This document shows, one piece after another, positions 63,033-64,000 of a DNA stretch of 64,000 nt. Under the pieces are notes generated by a model. The model was not told the origin of the DNA. It ran no database searches and was given only the letters and a program-made list of their open reading frames with translations. Position 1 is the stretch's first letter. Each line of letters begins with the position of its first letter. The stretch covers positions 11,729 through 75,728 of the forward strand of contig SVHA01000006.1 of assembly GCA_015056085.1 (NCBI GenBank). The letters run 5' to 3'. The position numbers and the translations under genes were made by a program. This stretch comes from Clostridiales bacterium. Lineage in GTDB: Bacteria > Bacillota > Clostridia > Christensenellales > Aristaeellaceae.

Positions 63033-64000
63033 ATGGCTGAGTATACCATCCCCGAGAAGGCTCGCATTGCTGTCCTGACTGGCGCCAAGAAGATTGAAAT
63101 CATGGAACTGCCCGTGCCCGAAATCGGCGACGACGAAGTGCTGGTGAAGGTGGAGCAGACCGGTATCTGCGGCACCGACGTGCATGAGTACAAGGGCGAT
63201 CCCTTCGGCTACATCCCCGTGCAGCTGGGCCATGAAGGCACCGGCACCGTGGTGAAGCTGGGCAAGAACGTCAAGACCGACTTCTACGGCAAGCCCCTGA
63301 ACGTGGGCGACAAGATCGTGACCGGCCTCAAGCCCTGCGGCACCTGCGATACCTGCAAGTTCGACCCCGAAAACATCCACCTGTGCCCCGGCGGCGAAAT
63401 CTTCGGCCTGATGCCCGGCGAAGCTGCCTATCGTAACTTCAACGGCTGGTTTGGCGAGTACATCAAGGTCAACGCTGGCGGCGTCATCTTCAACGTGTCC
63501 GACATGGATGTGGATCTCCGCACCCTGATCGAGCCCGCTGCCGTTATCGTCCACGCTGTGGAGCAGGCCAAGAAGATCTTCAACTTCAAGCAGGGCTCCT
63601 ATGTGCTGGTGCAGGGCTGCGGCCCCATCGGCCTGCTGCTGCTGACCATGGTCCGCACCATGGGCGTGCGCAACATCATCGCTGTTGACGGCGACGAGAA
63701 GCGTCTGGAAATGGCCAAGAAGCTGGGCGCTGCCTACACCGTGAACTTCCTGACCGAAGACGCTCAGGCCAAGGTCATGGAAATCTCCGGCACCGGCGCC
63801 GAAATGGCCTTCCAGTGCACCGGTTCTCCCAAGGCTGCCAGCACCATCTGGAAGTATGTCCGCCGTGGCGGCGCCATGTGCGAACTGGGCTTCTTCGTGG
63901 ATAACGGCCCCACCACCTACAACCCCCATCAGGATATCTGCAACAAGGAAATCCGCGTGATCGGCTCCTGGACCTATCAGTCCAAGGACTGGATCCAGGC
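63033..64000 (+). CDS. Zinc-dependent medium-chain alcohol/polyol dehydrogenase (3' end outside window)
   Basis: Not in the ORF track because there is no stop in the window. Hand translation gives MAEYTIPEKARIAVL...GICGTDVHEYKG...GHEGTGTVVKLG...CGTCDTCKF...GCGPIGLL. AAAGGAG lies 8 nt upstream. Codon bias is strong. Confidence 0.85.
   Translation, partial: MAEYTIPEKARIAVLTGAKKIEIMELPVPEIGDDEVLVKVEQTGICGTDVHEYKGDPFGYIPVQLGHEGTGTVVKLGKNVKTDFYGKPLNVGDKIVTGLKPCGTCDTCKFDPENIHLCPGGEIFGLMPGEAAYRNFNGWFGEYIKVNAGGVIFNVSDMDVDLRTLIEPAAVIVHAVEQAKKIFNFKQGSYVLVQGCGPIGLLLLTMVRTMGVRNIIAVDGDEKRLEMAKKLGAAYTVNFLTEDAQAKVMEISGTGAEMAFQCTGSPKAASTIWKYVRRGGAMCELGFFVDNGPTTYNPHQDICNKEIRVIGSWTYQSKDWIQ

Noticed and set aside
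1-64000. tRNA, rRNA, tmRNA, RNase P or SRP RNA genes, and transposase, integrase or cas genes.
   Set aside because: None was recognised in any intergenic region longer than 100 nt, and all long ORFs are accounted for. This is a by-eye negative and should be confirmed with tRNAscan-SE, Infernal and ISEScan.

Overview
This is a 64-kb chromosomal window from a high-GC, Clostridia-type Firmicute. The evidence is GGAGG-type RBSs, yunB, a PRC-barrel gene, rpsF-ssb-rpsR, coaX next to an ECF S-component, and Hsp33. An Oscillospiraceae/Ruminococcaceae-like gut anaerobe is my inference only. I call about 60 protein genes, and most are housekeeping. They include murA (3' end), hom, coaX, aconitase, an Rrf2 regulator divergent from ttcA, an AI-2E transporter, two CDF metal exporters, rpsF-ssb-rpsR, hslO, prfC, typA, cinA, a flavodiiron protein, a class A PBP, an SNF2 helicase, nfo, a Nudix-HAD fusion, an L,D-transpeptidase, cvpA, an M42 peptidase, phosphoglucomutase and a Zn-dependent ADH cut by the window end. 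I saw no rRNA, tRNA, CRISPR array, transposase or integrase by eye. The standout signal is non-coding. Four intergenic loci (1348-2544, 6385-7240, 11998-12762, 25747-27054) total 4126 bp, or 6.4% of the window. All four are assembled from one shared kit of GC-rich hairpin modules, reused in both orientations. Module A is an array of tandem triloop hairpins that begins 0-1 nt after stop codons and ends in a terminator-like hairpin. Module B is a two-hairpin unit that exists in short and long forms, the long form carrying a ~70-nt insertion, and in two stem-sequence variants that keep complementarity. Module D is a ~320-350-nt conserved core containing an invariant 47-nt hairpin. One locus carries a 51-bp tandem expansion, and another carries a fragment of a DUF559-gene flank. 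This resembles REP/BIME or BOX mosaic elements, but I cannot assign it to a known family from sequence alone. The second notable region is a low-GC ~1.2-kb cassette (54819-56060) bounded by ~41-nt inverted repeats. It carries a Sel1-repeat gene and a DUF559 (Vsr-like) endonuclease gene that is itself bracketed by inverted hairpins. Smaller observations: two unannotated strong-RBS mini-ORFs in the AI-2E operon; a split SASP-like mini-gene; tandem YbjN-like paralogs in a low-GC patch; a triple 11-bp direct repeat in the Rrf2/ttcA control region; and a nuclease-SNF2-nfo-Nudix/HAD cluster overlapping the stop codon of the PBP gene. Module boundaries are approximate to within a few nt. Functions are assigned from motifs I recognise, not from database searches.
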